DNA of 64,000 nucleotides from Paludibacteraceae bacterium (GTDB lineage Bacteria > Bacteroidota > Bacteroidia > Bacteroidales > Paludibacteraceae): contig JAZREU010000005.1 of assembly GCA_045660925.1 (NCBI GenBank), forward strand, positions 2,334 to 66,333, given 5' to 3'. The notes beneath the pieces are model-generated. The model was given only the letters and a program-made list of their open reading frames with translations. It ran no database searches and was not told the origin of the DNA. The position numbers and the translations under genes were made by a program. Below, one piece after another: positions 44,609 through 54,625 of this stretch. How positions within the stretch are numbered: the first letter of the stretch is position 1; each line of letters opens with the position of its first letter.

Positions 44609-44682
44609 GGTCCGTTAGCTCAACTGAATAGAGTACCACACTACGGATGTGGGGGTTGCAGGTTTGAATCCTGCACGGATCA
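44609..44682 (+). tRNA. tRNA-Arg (anticodon ACG)
   Basis: Hand-folded cloverleaf: acceptor GGTCCGT/ACGGATC, D arm GCTC-AACTGAATA-GAGT, anticodon arm CCACA-CTACGGA-TGTGG, variable loop GGGTT, T arm GCAGG-TTTGAAT-CCTGC, discriminator A. No encoded CCA. Confidence 0.85.
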
Positions 44683-44689
44683 CAAAAAA

Positions 44690-44712
44690 GACCGCAGATA
44701 GCGGTCTTTTTT
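44690..44712. terminator. Bidirectional terminator after tRNA-Arg
   Basis: GACCGC, agata, GCGGTC, flanked by A6 and T6 runs. Confidence 0.8.
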
Positions 44713-44752
44713 GTGTGTTTCATACTATAACACAACTCTATACTATACACCC

Positions 44753-45247
44753 CTACACCACCTTGTGTTTTATGATATAATATGGGACACCCAATGCCTG
44801 TATCTCGCGTTCGTACCAATCAAATAAGTACTCCCGTATATTGGGGTTCTCGCGCACGGGGTCTGGTTCCCAATCCAAATCGGGATAGCATAGCAGATAT
44901 ACATCCATCGGATATTTTCGCAGAGCCTCCTCTATGAAAGCAGGGCACTCGCCATACTTATGCTGCAACCACACCTTCGTGATTATTAGTTCTGTATCAA
45001 AAAAGGCGTATCCTCGGCTCATCTTCAGCGCATCTTCAGCAAAAAGTTGGCGTAAATACTCCACCTGATAGTTCGCTATTTGTAGCACATCTTCGTGCGT
45101 GTACGCGTATGCGCACTCGCCCGCGCGCTCCTCTAAATATATGCGCGCGTACTCAGGCACCAACAAACCATCGTAACGATTAGCCAAATACTTCGACAAT
45201 GTACTTTTGCCCGTGGACTCTGGACCGATGATACCAACCTTAAACAT
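44753..45247 (-). CDS. NadR-like P-loop kinase (ribosylnicotinamide-kinase-type AAA ATPase)
   Basis: Walker A GPESTGKST. 164 aa. Its start lies 1 nt from the sprA stop. Confidence 0.65.
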   Translation of the reverse strand: MFKVGIIGPESTGKSTLSKYLANRYDGLLVPEYARIYLEERAGECAYAYTHEDVLQIANYQVEYLRQLFAEDALKMSRGYAFFDTELIITKVWLQHKYGECPAFIEEALRKYPMDVYLLCYPDLDWEPDPVRENPNIREYLFDWYEREIQALGVPYYIIKHKVV

Positions 45248-45248
45248 A

Positions 45249-48200
45249 CTATCGAGTCAGCATCAACTTGATATTGATACCAATGTTATCTGCCTTTATT
45301 GGATAAGAAGAAGAAATCAGCGGTGTAGTACCTTGGTGATCGTAGAAGAGTTGCAAGTTGATCTTTTGTGACAGCACATAATCTGCACTCACCTTAATAC
45401 CAAAGACCTTGTTACCCGAACTGGCTTGAGTAATATCCTCTTCCACTTTACGCAGCAATGTTTTGATATCTTTGTAGCTTACATCCACATTCAACTTTAA
45501 GTCATTGCTTACTTTCTTTTGTGTACCTCTACCAGATTTAGTGATAAAGTTCAAATCCTTAATCGTGTAGCCAGCGCCTATCACAAACTCGTTGGTATGT
45601 CCTTCGGTGATTTGTACAGAAGTCACATTTAGAGAAATATTACGCTGTTTGCGATATTCCACCTTTGCAGACAATGAGTTTTTCATTGTCATATTTACGC
45701 CAATTAAGGGCGAGAATGTCTCTGATAGTGTAACAGAAGATATGTCATATGCCGATGATGGGATTGGATTGTCAGTTTCTACATCACGTATAAATCCTAA
45801 GTGCTTATTGCTCATATCACCAGCAGGCACCCATGTAGAATACGTGGAATAGCTCGCTATCGCATATTTACAAGTATATGCGTGTGTGAGGTTTACTGAT
45901 TTGAAATTATCTCGCATCCAAGGCAGTTTTCCCAAACCGTCGAAGGTTACGGACCAGTTAGGCAGTACCTGTAATAATCCCAAGAAAGGATTAAGACTGA
46001 CATGTTGCGCATCGCGTCCCGTATAAGCTGCTAAGAATGCAGGCACTAACACATCAGCCGTATTATTGCTGATTACACCATATTTACGATTGTATTTCTG
46101 CCCTGCCAAATCATTAGGAACAAAGCCTCGGTCGGGGTAGATAAGGTCATCGTATTGCGCCTGTATGCGATTTGTCAGCAGATCTCGATTTGTCAAGAAT
46201 TGTTGGAAGGTGGCAGATGAGAAATTGTCATCTGCATTACCTATTTTATGAAAGGCTGTAGCAATAGCCACTTGTGTAATATTGAACGAACCTGTCATAT
46301 TTTCTTGCAGATGCTCAAAAGAATAAATGACAGAGGAAGACTCTGCAGCATATCGTTTTCCATTCAGTTGAATCTTAAATCCAGGGAATGGTTCGAGGGA
46401 CAATTTGATATCCAAATCATTGGTTATTGAACGCGAAGCAGGTTGCACGACCGTAGTATCTCCAGATAGCCAACCATTCTCTTTGGCTTTTTCGACAAAG
46501 TCATTACCAAAGAATCCGAATGCAAAATCAAAGCCAGGAGCATAGAGGTCATTGTATCGAGTCTGCCCCATAAATCCTGCTTGTGGTGCGAATCCTGGTA
46601 GCGTAATGGAATTGGTGTTTCGATAGGTGACTTGCAGCTTACGTATCATCGTACCAAAATATGCAGCCATATCCATAGCAGTCTCGGCAGCAGAACGCTG
46701 GCTGGTATCTACCGTTCTGATAGTCAATGACAGATTTTCCACATTTTCCTTTGCGACTATAGTAGCTTGTGTGGAAGAAGTAGGTTTTACTTTTAGTTTT
46801 ATCTTTTTACCACTTTCTGTAACGGCGCTGACCTCTATAGACTCGCTACCCAATCGGTGATTAATCTCTTTTGCTTCGCCTGCCACCAACGTAACCGTTT
46901 CGGTATAGGTCTTAGCCCTGAATGGACGTTTGCGGGCCCGTTGGTTGAAGCGTTGCGAGAGTTGCTTCCAATACTTCGATTTGCCGTATAAGGTTTCGAA
47001 ATTGATACCAGCATCCGCCTGCCAAGCGCGTGTGCTGCTGACCACATTACCAAGGTTGGCCGTTTCTTGTGCTGACGATTGCACAGTACGATTCCAGTTG
47101 TAGGTAGCATTATAGGAAGCGTTTGCTGTGAGTGCCTCTATATAAGGGATACGATTGAATGGGATATTCCAAGAAGCCGAAAAGAGTTGCTGGTATGTAT
47201 AAGGTGATCCCCATGTAGCCAAACTACGTTGGATAGTATCTTTCCATGCCTCGTAATAATCATTCGTAAAGGCATAATCACGAATAATCTCTGGCGTATA
47301 GTATCCTTCATCCACCGTGGAGTTCATGGCCGTTTGGAAGGTGAACTTCATATTCTTAGTAAGGTCGTATTTGAAGTCGAAGTTGCGATCCCAGGTGAAG
47401 TCTTTGGAGAAAGTCAGATCCATATCCGCAGCGCCTGTTGCCTCCACACTGAAATCACGCATCTTCATGTGCGTATATGTTCGGTGCATATTGGTACTGA
47501 ATGCCCATGATTGTGGTAAGTAGTAGAAATTCATCTCCTTTAGGAGTTTCACCTTATCCACACCCTTCACATTCTTGAATGGTTCCCAAGGTGTCGGATT
47601 GAAATTATACGAATAGTTGAATGATCCTTTTTGGTCGCTGACAATATCTTGTTCTATTTCGGGGGTATGTTGATTTTGTTTGTTATAACTTGCAGATATA
47701 GAGAAATTGGCGGGGTCATAGAACATATTCTGCTTCTTAGAATGTATATCCACTTTCATATTTGCCACAGAGAAACTTGTCGTTTCCTGGACAGTATTCG
47801 CCATTTGCTTGATTGAGTCTTTTTCGATCTTTGTCTCGAAGTTGTCAAGCGTTTCGGACAACTTGATATCTGTATCCAACGGATCAAAGTCGGGCGATAA
47901 TGTCTCATTGGTATAAGAGACATACAATGGTATCTGCAGTTTCGCTTTCTCTGGGAATAAGCGTCCTGCTTCTAATGCTGCACTCACGGACAATTGATAG
48001 ATATTCTCCATATTGCGATCGAGCACATTTGACTCGATAGAGCCATATCCTGCTGTTTCTAATCTTCCTGCTACGTTTACTTGTGCGATATCACTCACAC
48101 TGAGTGCAGCATTTGCCATAGCAGCAACGCCACCTTGCTCATTAAACTCGCATAGTCGCAATTCATTGACCCAGACTTCTCCGCTTACCTCATGATCCGT

Positions 48201-51200
48201 TTTATTGCGCACACCAATCATAATGGATTGAATATCTTCTAATGTTGGGTTACCCAATACAGTGACCTTATTTGCCAGTTTTTCAGGGTCGTAAATTTCG
48301 TAAGGAATCGTATTTCCCACATTGCTATTTCCAGCTCTTTTTGCTCTGTTACGCGCTGTCTTGGCATCGGTGAAGACACTCAAGGGGAAGTCAAACATAT
48401 TCTCTGGCAACCACACTTTGAGACGGTCCTCGTTGCTCTTGTCGTTGTACACTCCTTCTGGAGTCAGATTGAGCGGTATCTCATATTCATAGTAGTTGTT
48501 TTTCAAATCCGAGCCAATACGTATAAAACATGTGATATCCTTATCTTGGATAGGGTCAAAATCTGGTAAACACTCTGCGTGCACAAACATTTGTAGGCGT
48601 TTGTACTGTCGCATATCATATGCCACATTCTTATAGACAGCACGTGCATCTTTGGGTGCTACATTGTTGATTCGCAACACCATTGCTTGTTCGTTTTGGG
48701 CAATCAACTGCGCTTGTCCAGGGTCGGTCTGACGCGACACACCAGGTGGCAAGACATAATTGATGGGGACACGATTAGAGTTCTCCTCAATATTTACCGC
48801 TTGTACATCCAACGCGCCTACAGAGGTGTAAGGGTTAGCGATATTATATTGATTATTTGTTACATCTTGATACAATCCCTTGGTATAGTTACGCCATTCG
48901 CCACGAACAAGATCAAAGGTAGCCATACGAATATGTGTCTCCTGTTCGAAATTTGTCAGGAAGAGACGTACAAAACGAATAGACTTGAAATTGCGTATAT
49001 TTCCAATCTTTTGTACAACAGTACTATCACCCTTCAATGGTATCTTAAATTGGTACCATTTGACACGCGCTGTTTCACCGTTTTTCAACTCCACATTGGT
49101 TTCCATGATACTGGCAATATGCTGTTGTCCTACGCGCTGCATATCTTCTCGACGCAACGAGATGTGATAACGATAAAAACGCTCATTATCGTTGAGGGTA
49201 TTGTCATTATTGATATCTTCTATATCAGGGTATAAGGTAGAAGCTGTGCCGTATGCAGCATTCTCTTGCATTTCTGGCGAGTTGCCCTCAGTACCATTAT
49301 AATACTTGTATCGCATCAAAATGGGTACTTCATCGCGGTCGTACTCATCATCTCTATAATAGCGATAGTTATCTCCCGCAGGGTCATTTATTGGCGAAAA
49401 CTTGTCGGTTTCCCACAAATCCCATACCACGGGGTCCACTCTGTTGCGCAAGGCTGCCACATAATCGGCATATGGTCTTTGACCTGAAAATTCATATACC
49501 TTTTCTTGCTCCGAACTTAATCCATCAAGACCGACATCCTGTTTCTCACGCGCACCTGTTTCGTTGGCAAAAGCGATGGTAGTGCTGGTAGTTCTTGGAT
49601 TACGTCCCCATACAGTATTGTCCACCAGTGTCTCATCGTCATCTTTTAGGGGGAGTCCATGTTCAAAAGACTTCTTGCCATCACGCAAAATATCTTCGCT
49701 AATATCACCCAAATCAATATACATATCTCCTCCCTCAAAAGCGATGTCAGGATTGGTGAGGAATGGGTCCATCAACCAGAACTCTATGTATTCGATATTG
49801 GCTTTTTCGAAATCAGTATTCTCTAATTTACGCATCATACCACCCCAGCGAGATGCTGGATTGGTGAGTTTGCCATCTCTGCCTATTTCTTCGGCAGAGA
49901 TATTATACTGACCTCGCTGCTCAGGATAATAACTAAGGTTGAGCACTGCCAGTTTAGAGTCGGCATTCGCCAACACTGTTTTATTAGGATATATCTCCTG
50001 TTCGTGTACGATACGTGTTCTATGATCAGACATCAAGTCCAAATTGTCCTTGATATACTTAGGGGTATTAGAATATGGGTGACCAAAAATAGGGTCAACA
50101 GCATACCACGCAAATAATGCACGGTTTTTGTTATACTCCACCTTGCCACTTTCCTTGTATTCTGGGAATTTATCTGAATTAGGTGTAGATGCCAATTTCC
50201 AATAACTGGGATAGTGTATGTCAATATTGGTTTTCGTAGCTTCAAAATCATCGACATAGGCAGTACCGACTTGTCCAACCTCCTTGGTATGTCCTGGTAT
50301 GAGGTGTGCGAACTCGGCATTGACTTGGAAAACCGATGGCGCTGTCACATCCATCCATGGCACTTTATCCAACAATAAGGTCAGCCATTGCATTTCTGTT
50401 TTCCAGCTTGCGTTTACACCCCAAATGGTATTAGCCAATGGCTCACTACCTGTATTTACCTTGGTGGTCAAAGGGCGTTCGTTCATATGCATGATGGTAC
50501 CGCCAATGGATAGGTCCTTATTAAACTCATATTCCAAATGAGCACCATAGAGCGACTTGCGTTGCATGGAGAACAGTGCTTGATTCTCCAACTTTACATC
50601 CACTTTTGTACCAGAATCCACGATGGATTGATTGAGAATCGTAACCGTACCCATTGTATAATCTACGGTATAATCCACATTCTCGATGAGGGTGGCTCCA
50701 CCTGCGGTAACGACTACACTTCCACGTGGTATATTCATTGCATTTAGGCGTATTTCATTGCCAGCAGATCCTTTGTATTTACCCACCAGTGTAAACTTAT
50801 TTTTCTCTGACATCTCTTGTGCCATAACCAAGGTGGAGTCATACAATTCTTGGAACACATATTTTTCAGCTATTGCAGGATTGCCAATAGCCTTCTCGAG
50901 ATGCGAACCAAAGGGCTCTAAGACGGGGAAGATAATTCGTCCTGTAGATGATACGGCCGTATATCCCTCCACGTAATCAAATCTTCCATCAGGCGCAGTA
51001 TTATTTCGAGAATCCAATCGGTCCAGATTCATCACACGAATCAACTGTTTGCCCTTGATATCTCCTTCCATCAAGTATTGCATATCCGTTCCGACAGAAT
51101 CGTTGCGGTATTGGATATACAATTCAAATCGTTCGCTGGACATTTGATTTGCGCCGATGGAATAGACGTTTTTCATCATCAAGTCCCACGTACCCCTGTT

Positions 51201-52700
51201 CTTACGATTGGGTGCATTATTGGTACTCTTCAACAATTTTAGAAGTAGTGTATTCGGTGCTTTTAAAGATTCGCTGGCATCTGTAGAGAATTCACCCACT
51301 TGGTACACTTGTCCTGCATAGGTATATTCATATGCAACAGCCAGTACCTCGTCTTGATTCAATGCTGATTTCAGGGAGATATATCCTAATGCAGCATTCA
51401 AGGTATATTCACTACTGTTCAGCAATCGCGCCGATTCTATTTTCTCATAATCTTCTCCCAATTCCATATCAGGGAGTTGCTGTTGCATCACAGAACTGAC
51501 TTGCTGTATATCACGGACTCCATCGCACGCTATTACTTTGGCATAAAGATCATTCGCCTTGTTGTATGGTGTGACAGCCCCTGGCGTAACTAACCAATTC
51601 GGGTTTAATATATGCATAGCATCGTATTCACCCAAGTCAGCCAACGCCACGATATTGCGTGCTTGATCGTAGTTGCCACGCTTGTTCGTCACCCACACCT
51701 CAATGCGATTGATGGTGATTCCGCTTGCGATATATGGCAGAGCTTGCATGGCATTTTCATAGTTATCGCGGAAATAATATCCCAAAAAGAAGTGACGATT
51801 TTCGTCATAACTATCAATTGGCACTTCGAATTCGGAGGTCTGTGCTCCTCCCTGACTGGAGACAGATTGACTCTCGCTATTTTGCTGAGAGAGGAGTGCT
51901 TGTACGCGCAGTTTACCAAATTTAAGGTCTGTTTTGATACCAAATAGCGCAGTACTACCTCGTATCAAGCTGCTATTTAGATTCATGGATACATTACCCG
52001 CTTCTAAGGATTGGATAATGTCATCTTCTTGTCCTTTGAAATTGAGTTTTAGATTTTGCTGGTCGAAATTGAACGACGCTTCGGTGTTGTAGCTCATATT
52101 GAAATTGAGCTTATCTCCCACCTTACCATTCACGCTCAATTGTATCTTTTCTTCGAAATCGAAGATATTGTTTGTTCTTGCCCGTTGTGTCAAGGAAGGG
52201 TTATCCACAAACTGGTGTTTGAATCCGAAAAGCAGTTCAGCCGAGCCTTGTAGTTTTACCTGCACTCCTCCAGGACCAAAAATCTTGTCAGCAGGACCGA
52301 TATTAAACTTCATATCGGTAACATCAAACTTTCTTTCGTTGTCGTGCTCCACTTCGCTGATTTTTTCGCGCCAAAATTGCCCCATCTGCTGACGTTCTGA
52401 GAATGAGCGATACTCCGTTTCTGTCATCATGTACGGTGTAGCAATCTCCGTTTCGCCAATTCGGGTACGCAGTATGTAACAGTTATAGACAGGATCGTAC
52501 TCAATGGTAGTCTTAATATTATCTGGATTTTGCAAATCAAGTTGGCTCTGTACACGATTTAGGTCATCGTAGTTATTTGTAGCAATAGGTTTTAATTGCA
52601 AAGGAGCCATAATAGCAGTATCTATTGTGGCTTCCAACTCCTCTTGCGCGAATAATGCAATCGGCAATAGGCTCAGTAGTATGCTAAACAGTTTTTTCAC
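45249..52700 (-). CDS. sprA: T9SS outer-membrane translocon SprA/Sov
   Basis: 2483 aa with a signal peptide. N-terminal block TIEYDPVYNCYILRTRIGETEIATPYMMTETEY. The giant beta-rich protein and the neighbouring ruvA match my memory of Bacteroidetes sprA loci. Confidence 0.85.
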   Translation of the reverse strand: MKKLFSILLSLLPIALFAQEELEATIDTAIMAPLQLKPIATNNYDDLNRVQSQLDLQNPDNIKTTIEYDPVYNCYILRTRIGETEIATPYMMTETEYRSFSERQQMGQFWREKISEVEHDNERKFDVTDMKFNIGPADKIFGPGGVQVKLQGSAELLFGFKHQFVDNPSLTQRARTNNIFDFEEKIQLSVNGKVGDKLNFNMSYNTEASFNFDQQNLKLNFKGQEDDIIQSLEAGNVSMNLNSSLIRGSTALFGIKTDLKFGKLRVQALLSQQNSESQSVSSQGGAQTSEFEVPIDSYDENRHFFLGYYFRDNYENAMQALPYIASGITINRIEVWVTNKRGNYDQARNIVALADLGEYDAMHILNPNWLVTPGAVTPYNKANDLYAKVIACDGVRDIQQVSSVMQQQLPDMELGEDYEKIESARLLNSSEYTLNAALGYISLKSALNQDEVLAVAYEYTYAGQVYQVGEFSTDASESLKAPNTLLLKLLKSTNNAPNRKNRGTWDLMMKNVYSIGANQMSSERFELYIQYRNDSVGTDMQYLMEGDIKGKQLIRVMNLDRLDSRNNTAPDGRFDYVEGYTAVSSTGRIIFPVLEPFGSHLEKAIGNPAIAEKYVFQELYDSTLVMAQEMSEKNKFTLVGKYKGSAGNEIRLNAMNIPRGSVVVTAGGATLIENVDYTVDYTMGTVTILNQSIVDSGTKVDVKLENQALFSMQRKSLYGAHLEYEFNKDLSIGGTIMHMNERPLTTKVNTGSEPLANTIWGVNASWKTEMQWLTLLLDKVPWMDVTAPSVFQVNAEFAHLIPGHTKEVGQVGTAYVDDFEATKTNIDIHYPSYWKLASTPNSDKFPEYKESGKVEYNKNRALFAWYAVDPIFGHPYSNTPKYIKDNLDLMSDHRTRIVHEQEIYPNKTVLANADSKLAVLNLSYYPEQRGQYNISAEEIGRDGKLTNPASRWGGMMRKLENTDFEKANIEYIEFWLMDPFLTNPDIAFEGGDMYIDLGDISEDILRDGKKSFEHGLPLKDDDETLVDNTVWGRNPRTTSTTIAFANETGAREKQDVGLDGLSSEQEKVYEFSGQRPYADYVAALRNRVDPVVWDLWETDKFSPINDPAGDNYRYYRDDEYDRDEVPILMRYKYYNGTEGNSPEMQENAAYGTASTLYPDIEDINNDNTLNDNERFYRYHISLRREDMQRVGQQHIASIMETNVELKNGETARVKWYQFKIPLKGDSTVVQKIGNIRNFKSIRFVRLFLTNFEQETHIRMATFDLVRGEWRNYTKGLYQDVTNNQYNIANPYTSVGALDVQAVNIEENSNRVPINYVLPPGVSRQTDPGQAQLIAQNEQAMVLRINNVAPKDARAVYKNVAYDMRQYKRLQMFVHAECLPDFDPIQDKDITCFIRIGSDLKNNYYEYEIPLNLTPEGVYNDKSNEDRLKVWLPENMFDFPLSVFTDAKTARNRAKRAGNSNVGNTIPYEIYDPEKLANKVTVLGNPTLEDIQSIMIGVRNKTDHEVSGEVWVNELRLCEFNEQGGVAAMANAALSVSDIAQVNVAGRLETAGYGSIESNVLDRNMENIYQLSVSAALEAGRLFPEKAKLQIPLYVSYTNETLSPDFDPLDTDIKLSETLDNFETKIEKDSIKQMANTVQETTSFSVANMKVDIHSKKQNMFYDPANFSISASYNKQNQHTPEIEQDIVSDQKGSFNYSYNFNPTPWEPFKNVKGVDKVKLLKEMNFYYLPQSWAFSTNMHRTYTHMKMRDFSVEATGAADMDLTFSKDFTWDRNFDFKYDLTKNMKFTFQTAMNSTVDEGYYTPEIIRDYAFTNDYYEAWKDTIQRSLATWGSPYTYQQLFSASWNIPFNRIPYIEALTANASYNATYNWNRTVQSSAQETANLGNVVSSTRAWQADAGINFETLYGKSKYWKQLSQRFNQRARKRPFRAKTYTETVTLVAGEAKEINHRLGSESIEVSAVTESGKKIKLKVKPTSSTQATIVAKENVENLSLTIRTVDTSQRSAAETAMDMAAYFGTMIRKLQVTYRNTNSITLPGFAPQAGFMGQTRYNDLYAPGFDFAFGFFGNDFVEKAKENGWLSGDTTVVQPASRSITNDLDIKLSLEPFPGFKIQLNGKRYAAESSSVIYSFEHLQENMTGSFNITQVAIATAFHKIGNADDNFSSATFQQFLTNRDLLTNRIQAQYDDLIYPDRGFVPNDLAGQKYNRKYGVISNNTADVLVPAFLAAYTGRDAQHVSLNPFLGLLQVLPNWSVTFDGLGKLPWMRDNFKSVNLTHAYTCKYAIASYSTYSTWVPAGDMSNKHLGFIRDVETDNPIPSSAYDISSVTLSETFSPLIGVNMTMKNSLSAKVEYRKQRNISLNVTSVQITEGHTNEFVIGAGYTIKDLNFITKSGRGTQKKVSNDLKLNVDVSYKDIKTLLRKVEEDITQASSGNKVFGIKVSADYVLSQKINLQLFYDHQGTTPLISSSYPIKADNIGINIKLMLTR

Positions 52701-52742
52701 GTTTTAGTAAAACAGCTGTATTTAATCTTTCAAATTATATTC

Positions 52743-53363
52743 TTAAAGCATTTTCAAGGCTTGTTTTATCACCGCCTCTACGGTAGCGTTGGGTTGAGCT
52801 GTCAGGATTTTGTCCACCACTTTTCCGCTGGCAGCCGCAGCAAATCCCAACATCGTCAATGCGCTCACCGCCTCTTGTTTGACTTCATTATCCACCTCTA
52901 CAGACAACAACAATCCGTCTTGGCTCTTGGTTCCTTGTTCTTGGCTCTCCAAATCTATTTTCAGCACTTTATCTTTCAGATCCACGATAACGCGTTGTGC
53001 GGTTTTTGGCCCCAATCCCTTGACTTGCGATAGCGCACGCGCGTTTCCTGTGGCTATTATCTGTCTTATCTCCGCAGCGGAATATGCCGACATGATCATG
53101 CGTGCAGTATTTGCACCAATACCACTGACGGTCATTAGCATGACAAATAGTTCACGCTCTCCTATGGTGAAGAAGCCAAACAAGTCGTGGGTATCTTCAC
53201 GAATAATCTCCGTCACCAGCAATTTGGTCTGCTGCCCGTCTTTCCCCACAAGCGAGGAATATGACGTTAGTGCTATGTTGATTTGATAGCCTACCCCCGC
53301 AGCTTCAATCACAGCATAAGTAGGGGTTAGGAAAGTGAGTTCGCCTTTAATATAGTCAATCAT
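52743..53363 (-). CDS. ruvA: Holliday junction DNA helicase subunit RuvA
   Basis: MIDYIKGELTFLTPTYAVIEAAGVGYQINI plus HhH motifs (VSGIGANTA, VKGLGPKTAQR). The start at 53363 lies downstream of the promoter. Confidence 0.92.
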   Translation of the reverse strand: MIDYIKGELTFLTPTYAVIEAAGVGYQINIALTSYSSLVGKDGQQTKLLVTEIIREDTHDLFGFFTIGERELFVMLMTVSGIGANTARMIMSAYSAAEIRQIIATGNARALSQVKGLGPKTAQRVIVDLKDKVLKIDLESQEQGTKSQDGLLLSVEVDNEVKQEAVSALTMLGFAAAASGKVVDKILTAQPNATVEAVIKQALKML

Positions 53364-53398
53364 AATTCTAAAAAATGCACCCTTATGCAATAAACGCG

Positions 53399-53430
53399 CA
53401 AAGGTACTACTTTTTTTGCAAATACGCAAG
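53399..53430 (-). promoter_or_regulatory. ruvA promoter
   Basis: Reverse strand: CTTG (53430-53427), 20 nt, TACCTTTG (53406-53399). Confidence 0.5.
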
Positions 53431-53470
53431 TTTCAATTCACTTTTTTAACAAATCACTATCACTATATTG

Positions 53471-54598
53471 TCAAAAAGGCATATTCTTCAATACTCTCTC
53501 TATCGTATTTTTGACATTTTCCGCAGCCACATCAGTGCGCATAGCCAGCGATAAAGATTGTTTTGGCTCCATTATGGAATAGATGCCCGCAAATCCCATT
53601 TGCATGACGCTTTCACACTCCTCGACACTGCCAGCAATGGCAATGACAGGTATATTTTGCTCTTTGGCATACGATAACACTCCCATAGGCACTTTGCCTT
53701 TGGATGTTTGGCTATCTATCTTACCTTCGCCAGTGATTATAAGGTCGGCATGTTGTATGATTTGTCGGAAATGGATAGTTTCTAATATAACGTCTATTCC
53801 CCTCTGGAGCTTTGCATCAAGGAATGCGCAAAAAGCTCCGCCCATACCACCCGCAGCACCAGCCCCCATCATATGCGCAATATTGATATGGTACTTATCA
53901 TCAATCACTTTCACCAAGGAAGCCATGCCGTAGTCTAATAGCTGCACCATCGTGTCGTCGGCACCTTTTTGCGGAGCGAAGACATACGCAGCACCTTCAT
54001 TTCCGCAGAAAGGAGTATCCACATCGCAAGCGATGGTGAAAGACGATTGGCGTAGTGCTTCGGGCACAGAAGTATCATCAATGCGCTGGATTTGGTGCAT
54101 AGTGCCACCACAGCAGTGTAGGATTTCATTATTGTTGGCATCGTAGAATCGGAAGCCCATTGCTTGCAGCATACCTGTGCCTGCATCATTGGTAGCACTA
54201 CCGCCTATGCCGATAACAAATTGACGACACCCTCTGCTGATGGCATCCATGATCATTTCCCCCGTACCATGGGAGGAAGTGAGCCACGGGTTACGCTCTT
54301 GTGTGTCAAGCAAGGGTAGTCCGCTGGCAGTAGCCATCTCAATGACAGCCATTGTACCTATGACAGCATAGTATGTCTGGATAGGTCGTAAAAGTGGATC
54401 ATGAACGGTGGTAGAGACTATCTCTCCGCCTAAGGCTCGCACGAGTGCATGAACAGTACCTTCACCTCCATCTGCCACAGGTAGCGATATGATTTGGCAA
54501 TCGGGATAGACGGCTCTGATGCCACATGCTACAGCAGCTGCTACTTCATTAGAAGTTAGCGATCCCTTAAAAGAGTCTGAGGCTATGACGATTTTCAT
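53471..54598 (-). CDS. Glycerate kinase
   Basis: MKIVIASDSFKGSLTS ... PVADGGEGT. 375 aa. Confidence 0.88.
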   Translation of the reverse strand: MKIVIASDSFKGSLTSNEVAAAVACGIRAVYPDCQIISLPVADGGEGTVHALVRALGGEIVSTTVHDPLLRPIQTYYAVIGTMAVIEMATASGLPLLDTQERNPWLTSSHGTGEMIMDAISRGCRQFVIGIGGSATNDAGTGMLQAMGFRFYDANNNEILHCCGGTMHQIQRIDDTSVPEALRQSSFTIACDVDTPFCGNEGAAYVFAPQKGADDTMVQLLDYGMASLVKVIDDKYHINIAHMMGAGAAGGMGGAFCAFLDAKLQRGIDVILETIHFRQIIQHADLIITGEGKIDSQTSKGKVPMGVLSYAKEQNIPVIAIAGSVEECESVMQMGFAGIYSIMEPKQSLSLAMRTDVAAENVKNTIERVLKNMPF

Positions 54599-54625
54599 AC
54601 CATAGGCGATATTAGCGATGAATGA

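Noticed and set aside
44421-44819. 132-aa minus-strand ORF
   Set aside because: It spans the tRNA-Arg gene, its promoter and its terminator, so it is not a credible CDS.
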